Shown here in pieces: positions 26,708-37,967 of a stretch of 62,925 nt of DNA; position 1 is the first letter of the stretch, and every line of letters starts with the position of its first letter. A program made the translations under genes and the position numbers. This stretch comes from Actinomycetota bacterium (GTDB lineage Bacteria > Actinomycetota > Thermoleophilia > Solirubrobacterales > 70-9), in contig JBKPDQ010000061.1 in assembly GCA_046728015.1 (NCBI GenBank), forward strand, positions 1 through 62,925, given 5' to 3'. The notes below the pieces were generated by a model. The model saw only the letters and a program-made list of their open reading frames with translations, searched no databases and was not told where the DNA came from.

Positions 26708-27169
26708 ATGAGCGGAAATCGAAAGGACTGGTCGGAGCTCGCCAAGGAGGCGCTCGGAGAAGCCGGCCAGCGAGCTGGGGGGGCCCGAACGGCGGTCGTC
26801 GAGCTGCTAGCGGATCAGGACTGCTGCCTGTCCGCGCAGGAGATCACGGATCGGCTGCGCTCTCGCGGCGGCCGGGTGGGGACTGCCAGCGTCTACCGCG
26901 CGCTCGACCTCCTCCACGGCATCGGGCTCGTGCAGCGGGTCGAGGCCGGAGGGGGAGGTGCGCGATATGAGGCCGTGATCCCGGGCGGTGAGCATCACCA
27001 CCATGTGCTCTGCGACTCCTGCGGGACGCTCAGCGCGTTCGAGGATGAAGGACTGGAACGGGCGATCGGCAGGCTCGCGAAGCGCCTCCGCCACACAGTC
27101 AGCGGCCACGATGTGCTGATCCACGGACGCTGTGCACGCTGCGAGAGCCGCGCCGCGGCGCGTGGGTAG
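26708..27169 (+). CDS. zur: Fur-family zinc uptake regulator
   Basis: wHTH ..LSAQEITDRLRSRGGRVGTASVYRALDLL.. Metal sites HHHHVLCDSCG and HGRCARC. Genomic context with znuACB. Confidence 0.85.
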   Translation: MSGNRKDWSELAKEALGEAGQRAGGARTAVVELLADQDCCLSAQEITDRLRSRGGRVGTASVYRALDLLHGIGLVQRVEAGGGGARYEAVIPGGEHHHHVLCDSCGTLSAFEDEGLERAIGRLAKRLRHTVSGHDVLIHGRCARCESRAAARG

Positions 27170-27175
27170 CGCTCG

Positions 27176-27925
27176 ATGACCGAATCGCCGTTCGCGGCCG
27201 AGCGACTGACGGTCGCGTTCGGAGACATCACCGCGCTGGACGACGTCAGCTTCGAGCTGCCCCCGGGCTCGCGAACGGCGCTCCTGGGGCCGAACGGCGC
27301 CGGCAAGAGCACCCTCTTCCGTGCCGCTGTGGGCCTGGTTGGGCCGAAGGCTGGCACGGTGCGGCTCGCCAGCCGCAGGGTCGCGTTCGTGCCGCAGCAG
27401 ATCGACATCGAGCCCGCGTTCCCGGTCACGGGCGCCGACGTGGTCCGCATGGGGCGCTACGGCGACCTCGGCTGGGTGCGGCGATTCGGGTCGCGCGACC
27501 ACGAGCTCATTGCAGACGCGCAGCGAGCACTCGACGTCGAGCACCTCTCAGCGCGCAGGTTCGGAGATCTCTCCGGCGGTGAGCGCCAGCGCGTGCTGCT
27601 GGCCCAGGCCGCCGCTCAGAACGCCGACCTGCTGCTCCTGGACGAGCCCTTCACGGGCGTCGACCGCCCCACCCACGCAGCAGCGCGGACGCTGCTCGAG
27701 CGTTGGAGCGAGCAGGGACGAACGATCGTGGTGGCGACCCACGATCTCGAGAGCGCCGCCCGCGACTACGACTTCGTGCTCTGCCTAAACCGGCGGCTGG
27801 TCGCGTTCGGTCCGGCCGAGACGACGTGCACCGAGGAGGTGCTGGCCGAGACGTTTGCGGGTCACGTGTTGCGAGTCGGCGAATTGCTCGTCGACGTCGC
27901 CCATCACCATCATGGGGCGGGGTGA
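27176..27925 (+). CDS. znuC: Zinc ABC transporter ATP-binding protein
   Basis: Motifs GPNGAGKST, LSGGERQRV and LLLLDEP. C-terminal HHHH. Confidence 0.85.
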   Translation: MTESPFAAERLTVAFGDITALDDVSFELPPGSRTALLGPNGAGKSTLFRAAVGLVGPKAGTVRLASRRVAFVPQQIDIEPAFPVTGADVVRMGRYGDLGWVRRFGSRDHELIADAQRALDVEHLSARRFGDLSGGERQRVLLAQAAAQNADLLLLDEPFTGVDRPTHAAARTLLERWSEQGRTIVVATHDLESAARDYDFVLCLNRRLVAFGPAETTCTEEVLAETFAGHVLRVGELLVDVAHHHHGAG

Positions 27926-28778
27926 GCTCCGCGTGGAGTTCCTCACCGATCCGTTTCAGGCCGAGTTCGTGCGCACCGGGACGCTCGCGGCGGCGCTCGT
28001 CGGCGTGCTGTGCGGCGTCGTCGGCTGCTTCGTGATCCTGCGCGGGATGGCCCTGATGGCCGACAGCCTCGCGCACGGTGTCCTCCCGGGTATCGCGATC
28101 GCGTTCATGATCACGGCGGGCGACGCGGCCGGCGCCGAGCCGGATCAGGCGGCGATCACCGCGGGCGCCCTCGGCGCCGGCCTTGTGACCGCGTTCGCGA
28201 CCGGGCTCATCTTTCGTCGCAGTCGCCTGCGCGAGGAGACGGCTGCGGCCGTGGTCTTCGTGTTCATGCTCGCCCTGGGGGTCGTGTTGATCTCACGCGT
28301 CGAGGGCTACACGGTCGACCTGAGCGCGTTCTTGTTCGGGGACGTGCTCGGCGTCAGCAACGGTGACGTTGTCTTCACGGCTGTTGCGACCGCCGCCGTG
28401 CTGGCGCTCGTCGCCCTGCTGTACCGGCCGTTCCTCGTGCTCTCATTCGATCGCCAGCGGGCGGCGGCACTGGGCATGCCCGTCGATCGGCTGCACCTGG
28501 TGATGCTCGTGATCGTCACCCTGGCGGTGGTGGTCGGCTTCCGGGTCGTCGGCGCCCTGCTCGTCCTGGGAATGCTCATGGCGCCGCCTGCCGCTGCGGC
28601 GTTGCTCACCAAGAGGCTCCCGGCCATGATGGTCGTCTCGGGGGCGATCGCGGCCGCGAGCGCTCCGCTCGGGATGCTGCTCTCCTGGCACCTCGACCTC
28701 GCCGCCGGAGCGTCGATCGTGCTCGTGGCCGTCAGCGCGTTCGTCGTGCTGCTGGCGCTGAGGCCGGCGCCCCGGTGA
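27912..28778 (+). CDS. znuB: Zinc ABC transporter permease
   Basis: ILRGMALMADSLAHGVLPG.. is typical of ZnuB/MntB permeases. The start overlaps the znuC stop. GTG 27933 is an alternative start. Confidence 0.85.
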   Translation: MGRGELRVEFLTDPFQAEFVRTGTLAAALVGVLCGVVGCFVILRGMALMADSLAHGVLPGIAIAFMITAGDAAGAEPDQAAITAGALGAGLVTAFATGLIFRRSRLREETAAAVVFVFMLALGVVLISRVEGYTVDLSAFLFGDVLGVSNGDVVFTAVATAAVLALVALLYRPFLVLSFDRQRAAALGMPVDRLHLVMLVIVTLAVVVGFRVVGALLVLGMLMAPPAAAALLTKRLPAMMVVSGAIAAASAPLGMLLSWHLDLAAGASIVLVAVSAFVVLLALRPAPR

Positions 28779-28796
28779 GGCTCCATACTGCTTGGA

Positions 28797-28925
28797 GTGC
28801 TCCCCGTCGCCCACGCGGGCCACTGGCTCGTCTACATCCTGTACGCGGTTCCCGTCTTGATCGTGCTGGCGTCGATCGTGGTCACCGTCGTGCGCGATCG
28901 TCGCCGTGGTGAAGTCGACGAGTAG
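28797..28925 (+). CDS. Possible small (42 aa) TM protein
   Basis: GTG..TAG read from the DNA gives VLPVAHAGHWLVYILYAVPVLIVLASIVVTVVRDRRRGEVDE. High GC3. SD spacing is poor. Confidence 0.3.
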   Translation: MLPVAHAGHWLVYILYAVPVLIVLASIVVTVVRDRRRGEVDE

Positions 28926-28928
28926 GAG

Positions 28929-29375
28929 TCAGCCCTCCGCCATCGCTTGGACGGCGGCCTCGATGCGGGCCAGGTCCTGATTGGGAACGGCCCCCTCGAA
29001 GATGAGCACGGCGTTCGCTGCCCGGTAGCAGACGAGGCTGACCGCGCTCTCGCAGCGGTCGTACTCCGCCAGGGCGGCGTCGTCGTTCTCCGTGATCGTC
29101 AGCGTGCCTCCACCGTGCACGTCGACCGGGGCGGAGCTCGCGTTGCCCGAGGGGACGCCGGGCGCGGCGCCGGCCCCCGCGAGCCGCAGCGCGTAGAGCT
29201 CCACGTCCTCCTGGCTCGTGGTCAGTCGCTCCCCGAGACGAACCTGGGCGCCCCTGGCATTGACCTCGGCCACCAACTCGTCGGCCGTGAACGTGGTCTC
29301 GTCGCCACACGCGGCAAGCGATCCAGTAACCAAAGCGGCGCAGGTCGCCGCCAGCAGCCAAGCTCGCGGCGTCAC
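28929..29375 (-). CDS. Lipoprotein, unknown function
   Basis: The GTG start forms a GTGA overlap with the M23 gene stop. Lipobox LAACGDE. Confidence 0.55.
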   Translation of the reverse strand: MTPRAWLLAATCAALVTGSLAACGDETTFTADELVAEVNARGAQVRLGERLTTSQEDVELYALRLAGAGAAPGVPSGNASSAPVDVHGGGTLTITENDDAALAEYDRCESAVSLVCYRAANAVLIFEGAVPNQDLARIEAAVQAMAEG

Positions 29376-30271
29376 CGGGCGGCGTCCTCGAGGGGCGCTC
29401 CGCCGCGGATCCGCGGCTCGGCTGCGATGAACGGCGCCGGGTCGGTGGCGGGCGCCGTCTGCCCGCTCCCGAGCTTGACCTGGAAGTGGACGTGCGGGCG
29501 CAGGCAGGTGCCGGTGCAGCCCACGTAGCCGAGCACATTGCCCGCCTCGATCGTGTCGCCTGGCTCGACGGCGTACCGGCTTTGGTTGCCGTAGCAGGTA
29601 GTGATCTCCCGGTGCCCACGCAGCGGCCGGCGGAAGCGGTGAGCGACGCACGTGTACTGGCCGAAAATCGAATGCACGCCGGTGCTGACGACGAGTCCTG
29701 GCGCCGGGGCTCGGATCGGAGTCCCGGTGCGAGCGTCGATGTCGATCCCATCGTGCAGCACGCCGAGGCGCTGACCGTAGCCAGCGATGATCGGTCCTTC
29801 AACGGGCACCCGCAGCTGGCCGCGGGCGGCTGGCACCTCCGAGCCGGCGACCTGGCGGTAGCGGTCGGCGAGGCGCAACACCGCGCGGGCGTACGCCGGC
29901 GATCCCTGACGTGCTTCGAGCGCGAGCCGGTAGTCGTCCGGCGCGCCCAGGGCTTGGAGGGAGTAGCCGATTGCCGCCACGCGCTCGCCCTCGCTGGCAG
30001 GGCCAACGGCGCCGTCGATCTGGTCGGCGGCGGCGATCACCGACCAGTCCAGGCGCAGATCGCGGCCGGTGCGGACGTACAGGCGAAGCAGACGGGCCGG
30101 CACGGCCTGGCGCGCGAAGGCGCTGGGCTCGGACGAGACGACTTCGTCGCCTTGCGGTGCCTCGGGCGTGGGCGAGGCGTCGTCCTCGCTCGTCAGCTCG
30201 AACGCGGTCAGCCCAATCGCCAGCCCCGCGACGACCGTCAGCGCCCAGGGCCAGATCCCGCTCCAGCGCAC
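29372..30271 (-). CDS. M23 family metallopeptidase (membrane anchored)
   Basis: HDGIDI and HVHFQV zinc-ligand motifs. N-terminal TM helix. Confidence 0.8.
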   Translation of the reverse strand: MRWSGIWPWALTVVAGLAIGLTAFELTSEDDASPTPEAPQGDEVVSSEPSAFARQAVPARLLRLYVRTGRDLRLDWSVIAAADQIDGAVGPASEGERVAAIGYSLQALGAPDDYRLALEARQGSPAYARAVLRLADRYRQVAGSEVPAARGQLRVPVEGPIIAGYGQRLGVLHDGIDIDARTGTPIRAPAPGLVVSTGVHSIFGQYTCVAHRFRRPLRGHREITTCYGNQSRYAVEPGDTIEAGNVLGYVGCTGTCLRPHVHFQVKLGSGQTAPATDPAPFIAAEPRIRGGAPLEDAAR

Positions 30272-30310
30272 GCGGGAAGCGTAGAGGCGGGGGCAGCGGG
30301 GTGCAGCCGG

Positions 30311-31487
30311 TCAGGCGGGTGCTGCGAGCAGCTCGCCGAGCCGGCGCTCGAGCTCGTGCGCGAGCGAGTCGCGGATCGGGCCCTCGGCGGTGCGCTCGAC
30401 GAGCTCCTGGAGAAAGCCCTCGATCACGACCCGCTTGGCCTCGGCCTCGCCGACGCCTCGGGCCCGCAGGTAGTAGAGCTGCTCGGGATCCACCTGCGCG
30501 ACCGCGGCCGCGTGCGTGCAGCGCACGTCGTCGGCCTCGATCTCGAGGCCGGGGATGGCGTCGGCGTGGGCGCGCCCGGAGAGCAGCAGATTGCGGCTCT
30601 CTTGGAAAGCATCGGTGCGCTGCGCGCCGGGGTCGACGCGGATCATTCCGCGCCAGACCGCGGTAGCGCGCCCGCTCAGCACGCCGCGGAAAGCCAGGTC
30701 GGAGGTCGTGTCCTCGCCCGCGTGCTCCTGGGTGGTGTCGTAGTCGAGGTGCTGCCTGCCCGTGCCCGCGTAGGCGCCTGTCACCTTCGCGCTCGAGCCC
30801 CGGCCAGCCAGCTTGGTCTCCATGCGCACCTTGCCGCGGGCCGAGCCGAAGCCCAGGGCGACCCATTCGAGGCTCGCGTCGCGGTCGACCTCAGCGCGCT
30901 GGGTGGCGAACACCCAGCTGCGCTCGTCGAGATCCTGCTGGCACACGTAGCGGAGGTTCGCGCCCTGACCGACGACCAGCTCGACGACGCCGTTGAATAG
31001 ACCCTCGCCTTCCGAGGTGTAGCGCTCCCAGACCTCGGCCTCGGCGCCTTCCTCGAGCACGACCAGGGCGCGCCAGTTGAGCGCCACGTCGCCGTCGCCC
31101 GCGATGGTCAGCCTGACGGGCTCGGAGAGTCTCTGCTCGCGCGGCACGTAGACGAGCACCCCGTCACGCCACGCCGACTCGTTGCGGGCCACGAACGGGT
31201 CCTCCGTGTCGACGACCGTCCCGAAGCGCTCGGCGACGAGATCTGGGAGCTTTGCGGCGGCCTCGGCCAGCGGCATCACCACCGGCCCGGCGCCGTTCGT
31301 CTGCGAGAGGCCCTCGACGCGTGCGACGCCCTCGGCGAAGCCACCGATGTCCAGTCCGGACAGGTCGGTGAACTCCCACCCCTTCTGCTTGGGGCCGGGC
31401 AGGTCGAGCTTGCGGGCGAGCGTCTTTGCCCTGTCGCGCCGCTCGTTCAGCCAGTCGGGTTCAACGACCGAGGGCGCCGCGGCGCCA

Positions 31488-31495
<8 letters not shown>
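30311..31495 (-). CDS. sufD: Fe-S cluster assembly protein SufD
   Basis: Typical SufD C-terminal beta-helix region (..[29 protein letters not shown]..). 8-nt overlap with sufB. Confidence 0.85.
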
Positions 31496-32951
<1,456 letters not shown>

Positions 32952-32956
32952 TGGTG

Positions 32957-33280
32957 TCAGAGCTCCAGCTTCACCTCGTCGCCCTCAACCTGAACCTCGA
33001 AGGTCTCGACCGGCTGGTAGGCGGGAAGGGTTTTCGGACGGCCGGTCCGCAGGTCGAACAGTGACCCGTGTCGCGGACACTCAACGGTACAGGAGCCCGC
33101 GTCGAACTCACCCTCGGCAAGCGGCCCATCGTCGTGCGAGCAGCGATCCTCGATCGCGAGCAGGTCGCCGCCGCAGTTGAAGACGCCGATCTTGCGCCCG
33201 TCTGCCTCGACCAGGCGCATCTCACCCTCGCCGAACTCGTCGGCCGGGCAAACGGTGATTGCGCTGGTATCGGTAGTCAC
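32957..33280 (-). CDS. Rieske [2Fe-2S] ferredoxin-like protein
   Basis: CSHDDGPL and CPRHGSLF Rieske motifs. GTG start. Confidence 0.85.
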   Translation of the reverse strand: MTTDTSAITVCPADEFGEGEMRLVEADGRKIGVFNCGGDLLAIEDRCSHDDGPLAEGEFDAGSCTVECPRHGSLFDLRTGRPKTLPAYQPVETFEVQVEGDEVKLEL

Positions 33281-33355
33281 TTATTCCTACTTCCGAGGTC
33301 GGGATTTTAGCGAGCCACACTGGACGATCCCGCGCCCGTCGGATACCGTCGCCCC

Positions 33356-33934
33356 GTGTCCAGCAGGGTGCTGTTCGCCGCGGCGGCCGGCGCCATGCTG
33401 GCTACGGTCGTGGCGGTCGTCGCGATCAGCGGCGAAGACGGGGGTCCCGAGTCGACCCCCGTCGACGTCTCCTGCGTGGAGGACTGGAACGACGACGAGG
33501 CGGCGCTCGCCTACGGCCGCCACAACTTCAACTTCCACGACTATGAGGCGGCCCGGGTGGTCCACCTCAGCGTCCCGGCGGGCGCGGAGCTGGGTGGGGA
33601 TGAGTCGCCCTGCTCGGTGATCTTCCCGTCCGAGACTCTGGACCCCGAGCCGGAGGCCGCCGGGATGGCGTTTCTGGGTGGCAGCTGGACCGCGCTCAGC
33701 AGCGTTGGCTTCGACGACGTCCGGCTGGCCGAGCTTCAGGCCGAGGCGGCCGCGTCCCCCCAACGCGGCTCTCGACGTGCAGGGACGGTTGAGCGCGCTC
33801 GAGGACGGCTAGATCGTCTCGGCCTCGGCGGGATCGCCCGGCCGGCCCTCGGCCTCCCAGTCGGCGGCGTCGCCGAGCGCCGCGCTCTTGACGACCTTCA
33901 GGCCAAGCAGCGCGCACTTGATTCGGGTCGCTGA
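33356..33934 (+). CDS. Membrane-anchored hypothetical protein interrupting the suf cluster; the 3' end is doubtful
   Basis: N-terminal TM helix VLFAAAAGAMLATVVAVVAI. After the C6 run at 33756..33761 the called frame turns Arg-rich and overlaps sufU by 126 nt. The -1 frame reads ASPNAALDVQGRLSALEDG and stops at 33810..33812. Confidence 0.45.
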   Translation: MSSRVLFAAAAGAMLATVVAVVAISGEDGGPESTPVDVSCVEDWNDDEAALAYGRHNFNFHDYEAARVVHLSVPAGAELGGDESPCSVIFPSETLDPEPEAAGMAFLGGSWTALSSVGFDDVRLAELQAEAAASPQRGSRRAGTVERARGRLDRLGLGGIARPALGLPVGGVAERRALDDLQAKQRALDSGR

Positions 33935-34234
33935 GATGTCGATCCCGAGCAGGTCCAGCACGTAGTCCTTCTCGAGCCGCAGCAGCTCCTCGCGGGTCTT
34001 GCCTTCCAGCTCCTCGGTCAGCATCGACGTCGCCGCGGTCGAGATCGCGCAGCCCTTGCCCTCGAAGGAGACCTCGGCGACGCGACCCTCGTCGTCGAGC
34101 TTGATGAAAACGTGCTGCTCGTCGCCGCAGAAGGGGTTGACGTCGGAGAACTCGAGGTCGAAGTCGTCGAGCCGGCCGAAGTTCCGCGGCCGCTTGTAGT
34201 GCTCGAGGATCTGCTCGCGGTAGAGATCGTCCAT
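33809..34234 (-). CDS. sufU: SufU/IscU-like Fe-S scaffold / sulfur acceptor
   Basis: MDDLYREQILEHYKRPRNFG, NPFCGD, GKGCAIS and IKCALL (three conserved Cys). Confidence 0.9.
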   Translation of the reverse strand: MDDLYREQILEHYKRPRNFGRLDDFDLEFSDVNPFCGDEQHVFIKLDDEGRVAEVSFEGKGCAISTAATSMLTEELEGKTREELLRLEKDYVLDLLGIDISATRIKCALLGLKVVKSAALGDAADWEAEGRPGDPAEAETI

Positions 34235-34504
34235 CCGTTCAAACGGTAGCCGGTGCCTGTCCCCGCTTGGGGTCGTGACGACGAGGCAACGGGGTACGTG
34301 CCTTTGCTGCGTCGCAGGTGTGGATGCCGATATCCGCGAGCTGCGGGCCGCGTTGCACACAGAGCTCGGGGCGCTCCGACTGACCCTGTTGCGGGTTGGA
34401 GGCGGGGTGATGGTAGGCGTTGTGGGCGTCATTGCCGCGCTGCTTGCAGGGGTTAGCAACGGCGGCTGGCGCGTTTGTCACGGTATGCGTGACTAAGGCG
34501 TCGA

Positions 34505-35773
34505 TCAGAGCTCGAAGACGCGGCGCGCGTCCAGCAGCGCGTCGACCAGGCGGTCGATCTCCTCGCGCGTGGTGTAGACGCCGAAGCTCGCGCGCGTCGT
34601 CGCGGCCACGCCGAGCTGGTCCATCAGCGGCTGCGCGCAGTGGTGGCCGGCGCGGACGGCGACTCCGTGCCGGTCGAGGATCTCGGCGACGTCATGGGCG
34701 TGGATGCCCTCGAGCTCGAACGAGACGGGGCCCGTGCGCTCCGGCCCCCGCGGCGGGCCGAAGATGCGCAGATCGGGGACCTCGGCGATGCGCTCGAGCG
34801 CACAGTCGGCGATCTCGCGCTCATGTGCCAGCACCGCGTCCATCCCGAGCCCGTCGAGCCACCGGAAGGCGGCCGCCATGCCGATCGCCTGCGCGATCGC
34901 CGGCGTCCCGGCCTCAAAGCGCGTCGGCGGATCCGCGTACGTCGTGCCGCCGCGAGTGACCCGGCGGATCATCGAGCCGCCGCCGAGGAACGGCGGCATC
35001 TCCCGCAGCAGCTCGAGGCGAGCCCACAGCGCTCCGATGCCGGTCGGCCCGTACGCCTTGTGGCCCGTGAGCGCGTAGAAGTCGACGCCCAATGCCGCGA
35101 CGTCGAGCGGCCGCTTCGACGCCGCCTGCGCTCCGTCGGCGAGCACCAGGGCGCCCGCTTCGTGGGCGAGGCGCGTGACCTCGGAGAGCGGGTTCTCCGT
35201 CCCGAGCACGTTCGAGACGTGGGCGATGGCCACGAGCTTCGGCCCGCGCTCCAGCAGCATCGCGAGCTCGTCCACGTCCAACTCCCCGTCATCGGTCACC
35301 CCGACCCAGTCGATCTCGGCGCCGACCGCCTCGGCGAGCAGCTGCCACGGGACGATGTTGGAGTGGTGCTCCATCTCGGTGAGCACGATGCGGTCGCCGG
35401 CGCCGACGTTGGCGACGCCCCAGGAGCGGGCGACGAGGTTGATCGCCTCGGTCGCGTTGCGCACGAAGATCACCTCGCGGCGGTCGGCGGCGCCGACGTG
35501 GTCGGCGACGGTCGCCCGCGCGCCCTCGTAGGCCGCGGTCGCCTCCGCCGACATGGTGTGCGCCCCACGGTGCACGTTGGAGTGGTGCCGCCTCTCGTAG
35601 CGGTCGACGGCCTGGATCGAGGCGAGGACGCGCTGCGAGCTGGCGCCGCTGTCGAGGTAGACGAGGGGGTTGCCGTTGACCTCGCGCTCGAGCGCCGGGA
35701 ACGAGGCCCGGACCTTGTCGATCGGGTAGGCCGCCGCGGCGGGTGCGGAGCTTTGGGTCGCGGCGGGCTCCAT
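34505..35773 (-). CDS. sufS: Cysteine desulfurase SufS
   Basis: HHSN, GHKAYGPTGIG (PLP lysine) and GHHCAQP (active-site Cys). Confidence 0.9.
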   Translation of the reverse strand: MEPAATQSSAPAAAAYPIDKVRASFPALEREVNGNPLVYLDSGASSQRVLASIQAVDRYERRHHSNVHRGAHTMSAEATAAYEGARATVADHVGAADRREVIFVRNATEAINLVARSWGVANVGAGDRIVLTEMEHHSNIVPWQLLAEAVGAEIDWVGVTDDGELDVDELAMLLERGPKLVAIAHVSNVLGTENPLSEVTRLAHEAGALVLADGAQAASKRPLDVAALGVDFYALTGHKAYGPTGIGALWARLELLREMPPFLGGGSMIRRVTRGGTTYADPPTRFEAGTPAIAQAIGMAAAFRWLDGLGMDAVLAHEREIADCALERIAEVPDLRIFGPPRGPERTGPVSFELEGIHAHDVAEILDRHGVAVRAGHHCAQPLMDQLGVAATTRASFGVYTTREEIDRLVDALLDARRVFEL

Positions 35774-35784
35774 GACAGAAGCGG

Positions 35785-36549
35785 CTACGCGGCCGCCTCG
35801 ACCTCCTCGCGGATCCAGCCGTAGCCCTTGTCCTCGAGCTCGGCGACGAGCTCGGAGCCGCCCTCCTTGACGATCCGCCCGTCGTACATGACGTGGACAA
35901 AGTCGGGCTCGACCAGGTGCAGGATGCGCTGGTAGTGGGTGATGATCAGGATGCCCATCTCGGGGCCGGCGACCGTGTTGACGCCCTGGGCGACCACGCG
36001 CAGCGCGTCGATGTCGAGGCCGGAGTCGGTCTCGTCGAGCACCGCGAGCTGCGGGCGCAGCATCGCCAGCTGAAGGATCTCCATGCGCTTCTTCTCGCCG
36101 CCGGAGAAACCGTCGTTGACGTAGCGGCTGGAGAACTCCGTCGGGATCTTGACCAGCTCCATAGCTGTCTCGGTCTGCTTGCGGAAGTCCTTGAGCTTGA
36201 CCTCGTCCTCGCCGCGGGCCTCGCGCTGGGCGTTGATCGCCATCCGTAGGTACTTGGCGACAGTGACACCCGGGATCGCAACTGGATACTGGAAGGCCAT
36301 GTACAGGCCCGCCTGAGCGCGCTCCTCCGGCGCGGCCTCGGTGATGTCCTCACCCAGAAAGACGATCTCGCCGTCGGTGATCTCGAGCGCGGGGTGACCC
36401 ATGATCGCGTTGGCGAGCGTCGACTTGCCAGACCCATTGGGACCCATCAGCGCGTGGATCTCGTCCTTGGAAACCTCAACGTCGACACCTTTGAGGATCT
36501 CCTTGTCCTCGGCGGTCACGTGCAGGTTTCGGATCTCGAGGTCGGCCAT
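35785..36549 (-). CDS. sufC: Fe-S cluster assembly ATPase SufC
   Basis: GPNGSGKST, FSGGEKKR and ILDETDSGLD. Confidence 0.95.
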   Translation of the reverse strand: MADLEIRNLHVTAEDKEILKGVDVEVSKDEIHALMGPNGSGKSTLANAIMGHPALEITDGEIVFLGEDITEAAPEERAQAGLYMAFQYPVAIPGVTVAKYLRMAINAQREARGEDEVKLKDFRKQTETAMELVKIPTEFSSRYVNDGFSGGEKKRMEILQLAMLRPQLAVLDETDSGLDIDALRVVAQGVNTVAGPEMGILIITHYQRILHLVEPDFVHVMYDGRIVKEGGSELVAELEDKGYGWIREEVEAAA

Positions 36550-36584
36550 TCGTCTCCTGGTTCGTCGTGGTCAGTCGGGCGGCG

Positions 36585-37073
36585 CTATGCGGCCTGCCCG
36601 GCGAGCGTCTTGGCGGGGGCGTGCTGCTCCGCGAACTCGACCAGCTCGGCCAGCGTCGTGCCGACGAGCGCGCGCGTGACACCGCCCTGGACGCGCGTCC
36701 ACAAAAGCTTCGTCGCACAGGCGCGATCGCCGTCGAGCTCGTGCGAGCACAGGACGCGCCCCTCGCGCTCGACGTGAAAGCACTCCATCGGAGCGATCGC
36801 CCCCTCAAGCGCCTCGACGACGTCGATCATCGTGATCTCGTCCGCCGCCTTCGCCAGCCGGTAGCCGCCGTGGGCGCCGCGAACGGAGGTCACGAGCCCC
36901 GCCTGGCGCAGCTTCGCCACCAGGTGCTCGAGGTAGGACAGCGGCAGCGTCTCCGCCTCGGCGACGGCCCCTAGCGCAACCGGCTCGGCTTCGTCGGGGG
37001 CGGCGTCGCCTGCCCGACGGCCGAGCTCCACCATCAGGCGCACTCCGTATTCGGCCTTGGTCGAGAACAGCAT
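36585..37073 (-). CDS. Rrf2 family transcriptional regulator (IscR/SufR-like, three-Cys cluster)
   Basis: MLFSTKAEYGVRLMVELG.. wHTH. Cys residues in ..MECFHVEREGRVLCSHELDGDRACA. Confidence 0.85.
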   Translation of the reverse strand: MLFSTKAEYGVRLMVELGRRAGDAAPDEAEPVALGAVAEAETLPLSYLEHLVAKLRQAGLVTSVRGAHGGYRLAKAADEITMIDVVEALEGAIAPMECFHVEREGRVLCSHELDGDRACATKLLWTRVQGGVTRALVGTTLAELVEFAEQHAPAKTLAGQAA

Positions 37074-37084
37074 GCGGGCAAATC

Positions 37085-37948
37085 CTAGCTGAGAGGTCGG
37101 TTATTGAAGCGCCGCCTCGCGCCTTCCGGCGCGAGGCTCGGATCCAAAGAGCCTGGTCTCGTCGTGAACGAAGAGGTAGTAGACCGCCAAGCAAGCGGTG
37201 TACACGACGACGCCGGTGTAAATCCACAAGCTCGTGAGTTGGCCCCGCTCGCGTCGTCGAAGTGACCCAGGAACGGTCCGATCAGGACCAGGTCGTAGGC
37301 GAGGAAGCCGATCAGCTGCCCCGCGGTGTTGCTCCAGCTCGGGCGCGCGATCCCGTGTAGGAAGTACACGGCGGCGCCGAGGTAGATGAGCCCGAACATC
37401 ACCGACGACTCGTCGCCGAGCGGCCAGGGGAAGACGTCGGCGCCGAACACCAGGGCCGTGCCGAACGCCATCAGCGCGCAGGCGAGGCCGGCGAACGAGA
37501 TCCTCACGGGTGCGGGCATCGGCCGCGGGTCGCGGCGGGGGATTCGCCGCGACCACAGGTACGCGGCGAGGGAGAACAAGCCCAGCGCCGCGAACGCAGC
37601 GATGTAGCCGCCCAGCTCCGGCTGGCCGGGGTCCCCCGCCAGGGCGATCAGGTAGGCGACCATTCCGGCGTAGGTCACAGCCAGGTCGAGCGCACCGGCC
37701 TCGATGGCCCGCAGCTCGCCGCTGAGCCCGATCCAAAGACACGGAAGTCCGATCGCGGCCACGATCGAGGCGAGGAAGACGAACGACAAGCGGGAGTCGG
37801 GCCAGGGCCAGAGGTCAGTCGCCCAGTCCCAGCGCCAGAAGAAGCCGGCCGTGAGCACCAGCGACGCCAGTCCGGCGCCGATCAGCGCCACGCGCACGGA
37901 GTCGGCGTGGTCGGTCCCTGCCGCCTCCGCGCGGTCCTCGCTCGCCAC
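37085..37948 (-). CDS. Polytopic membrane protein, unknown function, with an apparent frameshift near the 3' end
   Basis: About 7 hydrophobic helices. After ..LGHFDDASG the called frame loses hydrophobic character. The alternative frame (ORF 37101..37742) gives a final helix LTSLWIYTGVVVYTACLAVYYLFV. The switch lies at the C4 run 37243..37246. Confidence 0.55.
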   Translation of the reverse strand: MASEDRAEAAGTDHADSVRVALIGAGLASLVLTAGFFWRWDWATDLWPWPDSRLSFVFLASIVAAIGLPCLWIGLSGELRAIEAGALDLAVTYAGMVAYLIALAGDPGQPELGGYIAAFAALGLFSLAAYLWSRRIPRRDPRPMPAPVRISFAGLACALMAFGTALVFGADVFPWPLGDESSVMFGLIYLGAAVYFLHGIARPSWSNTAGQLIGFLAYDLVLIGPFLGHFDDASGANSRACGFTPASSCTPLAWRSTTSSFTTRPGSLDPSLAPEGARRRFNNRPLS

Positions 37949-37967
37949 GGCGAGCGATTCTAAGTCG

